Below the pieces are notes generated by a model, which worked only from the letters and a program-made list of their open reading frames with translations, searched no databases and was not told the origin of the DNA. DNA of 64,000 nucleotides from Setoptus koraiensis. Its lineage: Eukaryota > Animalia > Arthropoda. Made by a program: the position numbers and the translations under genes. The stretch covers positions 19,964,001 through 20,028,000 of the forward strand of contig CM106586.1 in NCBI GenBank assembly GCA_048013815.1, read 5' to 3'. This document shows, piece after piece, positions 1-10,842 of the stretch (the first letter of the stretch is position 1; each line of letters starts with the position of its first letter).

Positions 1-927
1 TTCGGATCATACTTGGACAGCATCAATTTAAATGATGAACAATCAAGGTTGCATCTTCCTCGGGATGACTATTATACAATTGTAGGTCAAGATAGAGATT
101 CTAACAAGAATTATTGGACAGGTGAACAAATTGTCAATCTACTTAGGCCTGTAGAATATGATGACCTGATTGATAGAGAACATGGCGACAACTCTGCCAT
201 ATACAGTCTGATAAAACAGTTGTATCAATACGGAATAGCCAAGATAGTTAATGTCCCAACGGAGAGAGATCAATTGCTACAAGTAGCAAGGCGACTTGCA
301 TACGAGCGTCCAACTGGATACGGTACAACATTTGATGTAATTGCTGAACCAAGTGATCGCATTCTGGCGTATACAGCAAAGGAATTTGATCTACATTGCG
401 ATTTACCGTATAGAGAAAGTCTTCCAGGTACACAAATGCTGCATTGTCTAATTAATTCAGAGGAAGACGGTGAAAGTTATTTTTGTGATTCTTTCAATGC
501 TTGTAAACAATTGAAAGAACAAAATACGTATTACTACAATATACTCAGTTGTTTGCCTGTGACATTCTCAGTTATTGATCCATACAGGGAAGTTAAACTA
601 AGACAACACTGGCCAATCATCACAAAAAATTATCTTGGTCAGTTAGATCGAGTGCACCATTCACCTTTTATGTTGCCACCCCTGGCACGTGTGAATCAGG
701 TCAAATTGTTCTATGAGGCTTATCATCAATTCAGCAAATTGCTCCATAGCAATTCGAATAAGTTTATAACAAAAATGTGTCCGGGCGACCTGTATATTTT
801 CCAAAATGGCAGAGTTCTCCATGGGAGAAATCATTATGACCCGCACAAAAGTAAGAGATTCCTGCAAGGTTGTTACATGGATTGGGATGAGATCGAGGGT
901 CTATATGAAAAATTCTACTTGCGATGA
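1..927 (+). CDS. BBOX1: Gamma-butyrobetaine dioxygenase-like (TauD/2-oxoglutarate-Fe(II) dioxygenase), 5'-truncated by window edge
   Basis: The frame is open from base 1 to TGA at 925-927. It has the HxD motif (LHCDLPY...PGTQMLHC), distal His motif (FQNGRVLHGR) and C-terminal RFLQGCYMDWD typical of BBOX. Confidence 0.8.
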   Translation, partial: FGSYLDSINLNDEQSRLHLPRDDYYTIVGQDRDSNKNYWTGEQIVNLLRPVEYDDLIDREHGDNSAIYSLIKQLYQYGIAKIVNVPTERDQLLQVARRLAYERPTGYGTTFDVIAEPSDRILAYTAKEFDLHCDLPYRESLPGTQMLHCLINSEEDGESYFCDSFNACKQLKEQNTYYYNILSCLPVTFSVIDPYREVKLRQHWPIITKNYLGQLDRVHHSPFMLPPLARVNQVKLFYEAYHQFSKLLHSNSNKFITKMCPGDLYIFQNGRVLHGRNHYDPHKSKRFLQGCYMDWDEIEGLYEKFYLR

Positions 928-1060
928 CACGTTTCAATGGATGGTCTCGTTTTAGATATCAATTATTACGGAATCATGAAAAATATAATTACACTATCAA
1001 CCTCAATATGTTTATCCAAAACTCGTTTCGTTATGTTAATGTTTATGCATTCTGCAAATT

Positions 1061-1354
1061 CTAGGATCCCTCAAGTTGGGCCATTCTTAATAGTGCCTTG
1101 GCAACATCGTGTCTCAGCTGATTGAACTCAGAGACGCCCAGCTCTAAGGTTGTCCAATGAGCATCCGAATCAGGGGGATAAGTTTTTTGTTCATCGGACT
1201 TATTTTGATTTCCGATCAATAATTTGAGTACTATGACATGTTCGAGTAGTTTTCGTTTTGAGTAACTCGAACAAACGATTATATCCACGTGCCATCTGGT
1301 TGATTGAATGGTAGGTAAGGTCATCAATGACTTGCCAGGCTGTAGTCTGTCCAT
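1061..1354 (-). CDS. COMMD5: COMM-domain protein, COMMD5-like (97 aa from first ATG; COMM domain only)
   Basis: LPTIQSTRWHVDIIVCSS...LELGVSEFNQLRHDVAKALLRMAQLE resembles the COMMD5 COMM domain (LPHVADFRWRVDVAISTS...FQELRYSVALVLKEMADLE). The ORF-track start at 1429 is TTG; the first ATG is at 1354. Confidence 0.7.
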   Translation of the reverse strand: MDRLQPGKSLMTLPTIQSTRWHVDIIVCSSYSKRKLLEHVIVLKLLIGNQNKSDEQKTYPPDSDAHWTTLELGVSEFNQLRHDVAKALLRMAQLEGS

Positions 1355-1382
1355 TCTCGGTGAGTTGTCTCTCGCTATTGTG

Positions 1383-1796
1383 TTAATTTTGATATTTATC
1401 ACGCCGTCTAAGCTCTTCAATGATTTCAAGCTTCTCGACCTCGTAGGTATTCCTCAGTTCCTCCAATTCGGAGTTATACAGTTTTTGTAGACCGTTGAGG
1501 AAATAATCCAATTCCTCTAATTTTAACAGGTCCCAATCTAGTCCTCCTGGATTGCCAGATTCTTCATCATAATAAACTTGAATTGATTTTTGTAGAATTG
1601 GTAGCATATCATGTGATATATCGTTAGTAGAGCTCAAATAACTCAAACTGCCACTGCTGTTATCAACCACTGTAGTTGCCACACACGGCTGTTGTTCCTG
1701 AAGCTCACTGAAGCTAGAGCACGAGTAATCGATTTGTATCGAGTTATCACTATTTACATAAGGGTAGCAGTACTGACAACGTTGTGGATAGGACAT
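1383..1796 (-). CDS. sav: Salvador-like SARAH-domain protein (137 aa, no WW domains)
   Basis: C-terminal IQVY...LDWDLLKLEELDYFLNGLQKLYNSELEELRNTYEVEKLEIIEELRRRD aligns without gaps to the SAV1 SARAH helix (LKWELFQLADLDTYQGMLKLLFMKELEQIVKMYEAYRQALLTELENRK). ATG at 1796. Confidence 0.65.
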   Translation of the reverse strand: MSYPQRCQYCYPYVNSDNSIQIDYSCSSFSELQEQQPCVATTVVDNSSGSLSYLSSTNDISHDMLPILQKSIQVYYDEESGNPGGLDWDLLKLEELDYFLNGLQKLYNSELEELRNTYEVEKLEIIEELRRRDKYQN

Positions 1797-2641
1797 ATTT
1801 GAATATAAATATTCAACTATGACAAGTTCAATGGACGGTGATACAGTCTTGTTGGATCAAATAAACAATGAAAGGATAAAAACATTTGCCTGTTATCTCA
1901 AATGAATGTCACACTGTTGGCTTATTATCAAAATGTTTCTCGGAATCGCCACTAGAGGCGCTCGTTGCACAAATGTAACTTTCATCGAGCAACAAGTCGG
2001 AAAAGAGGGAAACTATCATTTTTTCATGATTGAGAATGCTACTGGAGTCTCTGCCTCGGCCTTTTTCTATCATATCTATAATAGTTTACTATATGGTGAG
2101 AGCGTCTCTGAAAAAGTTGGAAGGACACAGAAATGGAGAATAGAAATTCTCCATATGAGAAAATTCATTTGAAATCAATCGGATGTTGAACCTACAGTGG
2201 TGTAGTGTTAGATCATACTAGACCAATAACGACAACAACATCAATTACATCTGAAAACGTGTTTACATGTTAGCGCATCGAACGATATCGTCAATTGACA
2301 ACAACCAAATTATTGAAATGATACGTCACTTATATTCGCAAGTTTTTAATTGAACTATCGAGGTTGTGTTGATCAGAGAGCTTGTTCTCATAAAAGATCT
2401 TCGCGATTAACATTATCTATATATCTTATCGTTTCTTGCGAAATCACAATGAAAACAAAACATACCGTTGTGATCGCTATAATATAAATATAGCTTATGG
2501 ACAAATCAAGAGCTATCTTCAGTATACTGTCAATATCAATCACCAGCAGCAATCTATTTTCTAGGATCAATCGCACCAAGTTCGAATTCAGTCTCAGGGA
2601 GACCAGGTTTAGGTCATAGAGGCTTGTAAATCAATTAAATA

Positions 2642-3979
2642 ATGGCTCTCATCGGGTCACTCCTGCCCTTAATTCTTCTTTTTCAAGTAACAAGTGGCAA
2701 ACACTTGAACCAAACATCAACAGTTGTATCTAAAAGTCCGATTGTTTTTATTCCGGGCGATGGAGGGACACAGCTAGAAGCCAAGCTAGATAAGCCTGAG
2801 AGGATCCACTATCTTTGTGATCTAAAATCGGATTGGTTCGATCTATGGCTGAATATACATTTATTAGTTCCTTGGGCCATAGACTGCTTCGTTGACAATA
2901 TGAAACTTCACTATAATTTCACTGATCGCAAGACTTATAACTCGCCAGGAGTACAAATAAGAGCAACTTCGTTTGGTTCTATTGACAGCGTAGACTATTT
3001 AGATATTGTAAGATTGCCAAAGACGGAATATTTTTCCGCTATCATAGATAAATTGGTCAGCTCAAATGGCTACCAAAGAAACATGAATATGTTTGGAGCG
3101 GGATATGACTTCAGGAAAGCCCCAAACGAAATGGATGAGTATTTTTTCAATTTGACCAACTTGATCGAAGCTACTTATATCGAAAACGGTTGTCAACGAG
3201 TCACACTTATCTGCCACTCCATGGGTTGTTTGAACACAGTTCATCTGCTCAATCGAATGGATCAAGATTGGAAGGATAGCCATGTCAGGCGTCTTATAAG
3301 TATAGCAGCTCCATGGGGTGGTTCGTTTAAAGCTATCAATGCTATGCTGTTTGGCGACAATCTAGGAGTTTATCTGTTGAAATCATCGATAGTGCAAGAA
3401 TTGCAAAGCTCTTTTCCGAGTCTGCCTTATCTGTTCCCCATTGAGCCAGTGTTCTCCAAAGACAGAGTCCTTGTTCAGACTACGTACAAAAATTACACCT
3501 TGGCTAACTTTGATGATTTTTTTATAGATAAAGAGTTTCATCCTCAACATGCCATGTGGAATGACACCAAAATAATCCTACAGAACTTGACTGCGCCCAA
3601 AGTTGAGCTGTGGTGCCTCTACAGCAATGGTATTCAAACACCTAGTCAATTGGTATTCGATGGAAATATCACAGGTGATAGTTATAAAGAGATTGATGGA
3701 GACGGTGACGGGACGGTTAACCTAGAGAGTTTGTCCTCCTGTACCAGATGGAGAAGGGATCAGAGTCAGCCCATTTACACAAATCAGTTTCCTGGTTTAG
3801 ATCACATAGATGTGTTGCGCTTGGACAATGTGGCCACATTCATCTCCACAAAAATTATGACCATTCAGGACGACATTAACCCTGAATGGTTGGCACAATA
3901 TTTGCATGATGAGCCCGCTAATAATGACATAGCCAGTTTGAGACCATACAGATACTCAATGAAGAAGACTGGCGACTGA
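2642..3979 (+). CDS. PLA2G15: Lysosomal phospholipase A2 / LCAT-family acyltransferase (445 aa, intronless)
   Basis: Signal peptide; PIVFIPGDGGTQLEA, WFDLWLN, GAGYDFRKAP, nucleophile motif CHSMG, GDGDGTVN and catalytic His (LDHIDVL). Confidence 0.92.
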   Translation: MALIGSLLPLILLFQVTSGKHLNQTSTVVSKSPIVFIPGDGGTQLEAKLDKPERIHYLCDLKSDWFDLWLNIHLLVPWAIDCFVDNMKLHYNFTDRKTYNSPGVQIRATSFGSIDSVDYLDIVRLPKTEYFSAIIDKLVSSNGYQRNMNMFGAGYDFRKAPNEMDEYFFNLTNLIEATYIENGCQRVTLICHSMGCLNTVHLLNRMDQDWKDSHVRRLISIAAPWGGSFKAINAMLFGDNLGVYLLKSSIVQELQSSFPSLPYLFPIEPVFSKDRVLVQTTYKNYTLANFDDFFIDKEFHPQHAMWNDTKIILQNLTAPKVELWCLYSNGIQTPSQLVFDGNITGDSYKEIDGDGDGTVNLESLSSCTRWRRDQSQPIYTNQFPGLDHIDVLRLDNVATFISTKIMTIQDDINPEWLAQYLHDEPANNDIASLRPYRYSMKKTGD

Positions 3980-4485
3980 ACCTCTCGAAGTGGTCATACA
4001 AATAATATGTGTATGTACTAATAATTCTATGATGATATCACACACTATCAGCATAATCTCGCCAAGCTACATTAGGAAAAATAAACAAAACACATTACAT
4101 ACTGATAAATAATACCGGTGAAAGATTTTGTTGAACTTTTGAACACTCAGTTTTCTCAAGCTAGCTTCGATTAAAGAAATGGGCTGATAAGTATGCGTAC
4201 CCTCTTCTCCAACAGTCTGCTTACCAGACTCTGGTATCTTTGATAGGTTGACATATCCAGGTTGGCCATAAAGAGTTGTCAAATTCCTTTGAACATGGTG
4301 CATGTTTTTTGGCGCGAACTTTTCTCTTGTTCTACAAACAGCTGGCAGCGACGCCACGTTCGCTGTTTCTCATTTGTTTTCTGGCACTTCTATTCCATGT
4401 CTTATGGAAAAAATTTTAAAAATCTTTACATTTTCAAACTCAAGAAAACACTCACGTACTGTAGGATTTTTTTAGTTTAATATAC

Positions 4486-5745
4486 ATGGGTATAAAACAG
4501 CTATCTAAGCTCATAGCGGATTCCGCTCCCCAAGCTATTAAAGAGCATGACTTAAAATCTTATTTTGGCCGACGGATAGCCATAGATGCGTCGACCAGCC
4601 TGTATCAATTTTTGGTGGCCATCAGGATGAGGAGTGATCTGATGACAAATGACAGCGGTGAGACCACTTCACACTTGATAGGTTTCTTTCATAGGACAAA
4701 CAAGTTGCTTGAGGTAAGTGTTACTACCGACCCGGTTCCGATGATTTCTGTCCATTATATAGACATACACTTTTATGTACAGGTTAACATTAGCTGATAT
4801 ATCTTTCCCAAATCTCAATGTCGGTAATAACAGAATGGTATAAAACCCATATATGTATTTGATGGAAAGCCACCCGAGCTCAAATCAGGCGAGCTAGAGA
4901 AACGATCAGAGAGACGCAAGGATGCTAAGGAAAAATTGGATAAAGCTGTGGAGGATGATAACCAGGAAGACATAATCAAATTTAACAAAAGACTCATTCG
5001 CGTCACCCAGAAGCACAATGACGACTGTAAGAAACTCCTCAGATTGATGGGCCTGCCAGTGATTGAAGCACCCGGTGAGGCAGAGGCTCAATGCGCCCAA
5101 CTTAATATTGAAGGATTAGTCTATGCGGTTGCAACAGAGGATATGGATGGATTAACTTTTGGTGCACCCAGGCTGGTTCGGCACTTGAGTAGCGGATCTA
5201 CAGATCAAGTACACGAATACAATCTGGAAAAAGTTATGGAGGGCCTAGAATTGAAAACTCGTGATGAATTTATTGACCTTTGCATTCTGATGGGTTGTGA
5301 CTATTGTGATTCCATCAGAGGCATTGGTGGCAAGCGAGGCTTGGAGCTCATTAAGAAACACTCTAACATCGAGAATATAGTGGAGTCCATAAAAAATAAG
5401 GAGGACGTCCCTAAAGTATGGCCCATAGAAGAAGCCAGAAGACTTTTTAAAGAGCCGGATGTCATACGCGGAACCATTACAGAAGATGATCTCAAAATTA
5501 AAGACATCGATGAAGAGGGTTTGATCGAATTTCTTTGTAAAGAAAACAACTTCGACGAAACCAGGGTAAAGAACGCTATAGCTAGATGTAGGGCGTCCAA
5601 AACTAAGAGCGCTCAAACAAGAATAGATTCATTCTTCCAAGCTAAGCCGGTAGATAAAACGAACTCTCCGGCCACCAAGAAACCAGCGCCGCCATCTAAG
5701 CAAACAAAGAAAACAGGCGGAAGTAATAAAAGATTCAAGAGATGA
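4486..5745 (+). CDS. FEN1: Flap endonuclease 1; exons 4486-4713 and 4834-5745 (379 aa)
   Basis: [10 protein letters not shown]..., [47 protein letters not shown] and PIP box QTRIDSFF. The 120-nt intron GTAAGT...AACAG restores the frame. Confidence 0.96.
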
Positions 5746-6150
5746 TCGATATGACAATACCCATCTTTATCTGTCAGTGTCCTGACTGGGTTTATTGATG
5801 GTTGCGGATATTATAATGTGATTTAACTTGGATTTTCTGTTTTTTAGCTACTATATAAACTACTCAATGGAGATGACTAGGTAACTCGATTTAATTAAAG
5901 TCTGGGAGATTTCTTTTTTCCATTGAGCCAGAGTTTGTATGGTGAGATCTATTTAAGGTCGATGTGTGTTAAAGCGGACGTTTCATAGATATGACCTCTA
6001 TCTCTCTCTCTCTCCCTCTCTCGTCCACGACACGGAAAACTTACAATGCCTCATAAAGTGTCTATTCTATTTTTCATTTTGTAATCTATGTTCGAATTAA
6101 GATCGAGTTTACATACTTCTCGAGAACATTCGTTCACGTCATTAACTGAT

Positions 6151-7017
6151 TCAATCCGGCTGATAAAGATTGACCTTAGCAATGAACTCGATCAAAAGTG
6201 CGTATTCGAGAAATGCGTGGTTACTGTAGCACCTCTGCTTGCTCAATTTCCATTCTAAGCCAAGTTTCCTATACAGTCTATTGTTTTCATTTGCTAGTAA
6301 TTTCTCAAGACTCGCTTTGGTTCGTTTCCTTAGCGCTACGGATGGCCATAATAATGAACAACCAAAAGAGCAACAACAACACAAGCAGCCAGCAAGAATG
6401 ACTTTGGCATTCATGGATTGTTGTTGTCGCAACAGTGAATTGACACTGTCCATAGTATGCTCGAATTCTTCTCTGGACACTCTACCTATGAGAGATTGAG
6501 GAAATTCCTTAATAAAAGAATTTGAAAGTCCGAAAATTGTGAGATTTCCATTTCCGCGTATCACTATAGGTTCAATCTGTTGAGATATGGGAATCTCATC
6601 GTAGTCTAATAGAAGTGGATTGAGGTGCAACATGTTCAGACTTTCAGTCGAGATGTTACTACTTTCTTCAATAATATCGAAAGCGTCAAGAGTGTGCTGG
6701 ACTGTCGATACTAGTGAAGATCGTTCACCAGCACTAGATCTGTGACACAATTTAGGGACGAAGTTATAAGATTGCGATTCCAAAGATGCTACTCTCACTT
6801 TTCTTTTAGTAGGTGGGCTTGAGTTTGATAGAATAATTTCGTTGGCGTCGTCGCTTTGCACGTATGGTTGAGAGGTCGATGGTACATTCGCCAGATCCTG
6901 GGAAGACGCACACTTACCAAACTCATCATCTTTGGCTGTCTGTAAGGAGGACTTTGCATCAGGCTCGGCTCTTTGGGATGTGTTGTCGGTATTGAGTCTG
7001 GAGGTGCTTGGTAACAT
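6151..7017 (-). CDS. CHIC2: Cysteine-rich hydrophobic domain protein (CHIC1/2, Erf4/GOLGA7 family) with long N-terminal extension (288 aa)
   Basis: EPIVIRGNGNLTIFGLSNSF..EFP..L.GRV..EEF, GCLCCCCSFGCSLLWP and C-terminal EYALLIEF. The ORF-track start at 7053 is TTG; the first ATG is at 7017. Confidence 0.85.
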   Translation of the reverse strand: MLPSTSRLNTDNTSQRAEPDAKSSLQTAKDDEFGKCASSQDLANVPSTSQPYVQSDDANEIILSNSSPPTKRKVRVASLESQSYNFVPKLCHRSSAGERSSLVSTVQHTLDAFDIIEESSNISTESLNMLHLNPLLLDYDEIPISQQIEPIVIRGNGNLTIFGLSNSFIKEFPQSLIGRVSREEFEHTMDSVNSLLRQQQSMNAKVILAGCLCCCCSFGCSLLWPSVALRKRTKASLEKLLANENNRLYRKLGLEWKLSKQRCYSNHAFLEYALLIEFIAKVNLYQPD

Positions 7018-9702
7018 ATTGGTATATTTTGGTGGTAGATTAGGAGATGCCAAAATCAGACATTAAAGGTCTATCCATTTTCTAATCTTCCTTCCCAAGG
7101 CAGAGTATCTTATCCAGAGCAGGCCTTAAGTGAACATCGATAAAATAAAAATATTTTTTATGGCAAAAAAAAATGTGAAATTCATTGGGTCTGTGGATCC
7201 GTGTTAGAGATGATTTAAAATTGAATTATGGTTGCCAGTGTATAAAATACATTCTTTTGTTTCGAAGCAAGTGCATTGTTTGCGCAGTCAAAAATACTGG
7301 CATTTGATCGCCACAGAAAAAGTTCGCTAGAGGCGCAACGAGCACATGGTTAGCATTGAGATATCAGATGAAATGTGAGCAGCTTTCTGTCTTTTGTGCA
7401 AATTTATTTCTGTGCAAATGCGCGAATTTTTGCAGACTCGAGAAAAGGCGAAAAACGAGAGAAAATTATGAAAGATTTGAGAAATTGTCTATACTTGCTC
7501 CAACCAAGTGGATATTAGCCACGAGTTGCAAGTCCTGACTCGCAATCAGGAGGCAACGCTTACTCATGTACAATTATTTAGCGTTTATTGCTTGCTGAAG
7601 GCACAAGACGCCCTCTCGTGAATGTTTTGTTAACATCGCTTACGTTAGCATCATACATTAGAATTCGGAGTGTACGTACCAGGGGAATATTACGATGTGG
7701 CCTTTAGAGGTCGCTCACTGCTCTCCCATTGTTTATGCCAGTGTGCTAATCAAATAACGCTGCGGATAAGCGGCAGCTGGTGGGTAACCATAGCCGTAGT
7801 GCCCCTACCCGTGCTCGCTTGCGGATGATTTAGGGACAATACCTCAAAGACGGACACTCCTACTCCAGGATTGGTCATTATTTCGCATCTTCAACCAGCA
7901 CATTCAATGCATATATGGGGATTACCAAACTGACGTCTCTTGTTTAAACGAGAGCCTGCGATACCTTCGAATCAGAGTATCAAATATGTGAGGGTGAGGT
8001 GAGAGATCTGCAAGGGCAGCCGTTGTTTCTATGACCGAATCAGGGATTCTCTACCAGAATCTATTAAAAGAATGTTTGTGATATCAGGCCGAAGCCGAAT
8101 TTGCATGTTCGTTGTGATACTGTCCTGTCCAAAACTTGCTGTTTAATCGAGACAAATCAAACAGCCCTATGAGCACTTATGGTGAGTGGATACTCACCTT
8201 AATTTTCGAGCGGATCTTTCCGAAAGTTTTTCAAAAAGATTTAGAGGGCGGATCGAGCATCGGGTAACCGACGACGGTATTCTCATGCAACATCTGCTTT
8301 GTGTGATAATAGCTGTGATCCGCACGGACAGCACTCGCAGCATCGGCAATAGCGATATCTGCGAGAGAAGCGAACCTTTGTCCGTTGTTCGGTGTCATTG
8401 TCCTGTGGTTGCATTCTGAGAGCTGCAAGCAGCACCCTGTGATCTCCATGCACTTTTCGGTGGATATTCGCTCTGTATAATTCATTATCAACATGTCTAA
8501 TTGATTTACTATCTAGCCACACATTATATTCAGTTAGTATTAACTGTTTGCATGAAAAATATAGGATTGTTATTTTTTCATCCCTAAATTCAACAACAAG
8601 AAAAATGGATTGATGTCCGATTAAACGATAGATCGCCGACAATAGAGCTCACTCATAGGAATTCTCCATTGATTTAGTGTAAATAATTCTAAATCTATTT
8701 GATGGATCTAAAGATAACTCCAGCATTAGAACGGTACGCTGCACCCAAATACTACCGCCTGGTAATATCACAAAATATTTTCAGCAATCGTCACAATGGA
8801 CATGGTCACTCTATCTTTTATTAGATCATTTGGGGTTAATTGGAGTGTAGCAAATTATTTATAGAGCATACGCACACTGAAACACACTCGAAACACTATC
8901 TCAGGAGTTGCAATTAATTAACACTAATCAACAAGAACAACTATATATTATTTATTATAACGACGCGCTAATACTATTATTATCACCTAGCCAGATCAAT
9001 TGCACAATTTTATGTACAAGATCATGATCACATATACACTCTATATGAATCAGCATCATTGTTGTTGACATAAGCTATTGTAACAACGTTTTCAAGAACT
9101 GCTATGCCTGCCATTTAACAAGCCTGCCAACAAAATTTATTTTTACAACAATTGATCATTCGCTTTACTAATGGACACACGCTACTTTGTGTTTGAAAGC
9201 AAAGTGTAACAAAGTCATCAGTCAATTTAGCACCCTAGTATCTTGTGTTTTTGAATATGGTAAATTATATACTAAGTCATTGGTCAACAGCAGCACCATG
9301 CCAATGATATTCCAACCTGAGGACAAAATTTAGACAAGATCCTAGCCTGTATTTTAATAAGAGTGCATTACATTTTAACGCACCAATATAACTAGTTTAG
9401 GATTATTATTGATTAGAAGGGATCATTTTTTATTTATTACAACATCTCCAACTATTGCCGCGTGAATCTTTTTTTGATTATTCAGTTTCGGTAATTTATT
9501 CTCTCAGCTAGCATCAATTGAACGCATCAATACAATTTCGAGTAACATCTCTAATGAGCGGAAGGCGCTCAGCCACCGTCAGCCCCTCTCGTCCCAGACG
9601 ACGGGCAGCAAATACACACGTAAGTAACACTATAGTGACTCGTGCACGATTGGCCCTTGCAGGTAATAGAATTTGGTGATTATCTCTTATCACTCCTTTT
9701 CT

Positions 9703-10842
9703 ATGATCTTCCAACAATCATCACAGTTTTTCAGATACTTGCAAACTAACAATCCCATCAAACTAGAAGAAAATGATCTCAAAAGAGCACTCGAAGCTTC
9801 ACTAGAAGAAAGCCCTGAGTTTTGGATCGACGATTCTGCCTCAAGCACCACTGACACTTGTAGTAGCGTTGCAAGCGGAGGTTGCGCAACAAATGGTAAA
9901 ATGTTTATCAAAACTACCAATAACACATCTGCTAATGGCACAGTCAAGTCTATTAATCTACCTCAGAAAAAAACTAAGAAATATGCTCAAAGTCCTTACA
10001 GTCCCCCGCGAAAAAGCGTTGTAGGACCTTTCAAACAAACTAATTTGAGGCAGGAAACTAAAACTAAAAAAAGACGTTCGTCAGCTACTAACAACAAATC
10101 ATCTGAGGTCGATAAAAATAAATGCTCTGCTAGAAGGATTTTTCATCTTTCAAGCACAGATTCTTGCTCTACATCGACTAAATCTAATAAGAAAATCCAT
10201 AAGAATATACCACAGCTATACAAGGACGTTGTTCCAGAGACAAACGGATTTTTAACCCTGCTGTGTCTTCCTAAACAGATTAAATCAATCTCCCATCCTC
10301 TTGACATAGACATTGGAGAAGGGGACGGAAATGAAACTATTGAGCAAACACTTGATCTTGTGATTGATCCAGAGAAATTCAACAAGAAACTTGTAGAGCT
10401 CTCATGTCTGAACATATTGCCACCAAGCCATTGTACTAGGCAACACAAGAATTCACCTTTCCACCATAGTGCCAGAAAAAAGAAATTGGTTAAAACTATC
10501 ACTACTAGTACTAACCAAACAAAATTGAATGTATCCGAGGCAAGAAAATTGCGTCATCCAAGGCCCAACACAACTGAGCATATAAAGTCTGAGCCAAAAC
10601 AACCAAGGCAAACTAGAGCTTCTGCCCATCTTCAAACAAATCATGATGCAGAAAAAACCAAAGTGTCATTATGCGATCCAGATTCAAATATTTACGGTTG
10701 CTCAAGCATAGAAACTCCAGAGTCAGTTACCTCTTCAAGCTCCATGGATGCACCCGAGAGTGCTAACAAATCTTCTCTTGAGCCTATAAAAGGAGTTAGA
10801 GACTTACCTGAGCATATAAGACGTGAGTATAATTCAAAGTAA
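9703..10842 (+). CDS. Uncharacterised Ser/Lys-rich protein with a ubiquitin-interacting motif (UIM)
   Basis: Open for 379 codons from ATG 9703. EENDLKRALEASLEE fits the UIM consensus; basic NLS-like stretches follow. An upstream exon is possible, so the 5' end is uncertain. Confidence 0.6.
   Translation: MIFQQSSQFFRYLQTNNPIKLEENDLKRALEASLEESPEFWIDDSASSTTDTCSSVASGGCATNGKMFIKTTNNTSANGTVKSINLPQKKTKKYAQSPYSPPRKSVVGPFKQTNLRQETKTKKRRSSATNNKSSEVDKNKCSARRIFHLSSTDSCSTSTKSNKKIHKNIPQLYKDVVPETNGFLTLLCLPKQIKSISHPLDIDIGEGDGNETIEQTLDLVIDPEKFNKKLVELSCLNILPPSHCTRQHKNSPFHHSARKKKLVKTITTSTNQTKLNVSEARKLRHPRPNTTEHIKSEPKQPRQTRASAHLQTNHDAEKTKVSLCDPDSNIYGCSSIETPESVTSSSSMDAPESANKSSLEPIKGVRDLPEHIRREYNSK

Noticed and set aside
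1900-2600. Open minus-strand frames as possible upstream COMMD5 exons with Sav nested in an intron
   Set aside because: No in-frame ATG, no convincing donor, and no polypyrimidine acceptor before the COMM exon. Similarity to the COMMD5 N-terminus is too weak to call.
4067-4480. 96-aa (-) and 72-aa (+) ORFs between PLA2G15 and FEN1, plus a possible 55-nt minus-strand intron (4401-4455)
   Set aside because: Non-ATG starts and no recognisable motif; the splice model gives only very short peptides. Probably FEN1 promoter/UTR or an antisense transcript.
7811-7820. GTGCTCGCTT resembling the U6 snRNA 5' end
   Set aside because: The match stops after 10 nt; there is no ACAGAGA box or the rest of U6.
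8283-8642. GDHRVLLAALR motif resembling a LINE endonuclease C-terminus
   Set aside because: Isolated short motif; no other APE motifs or reverse-transcriptase frame nearby.
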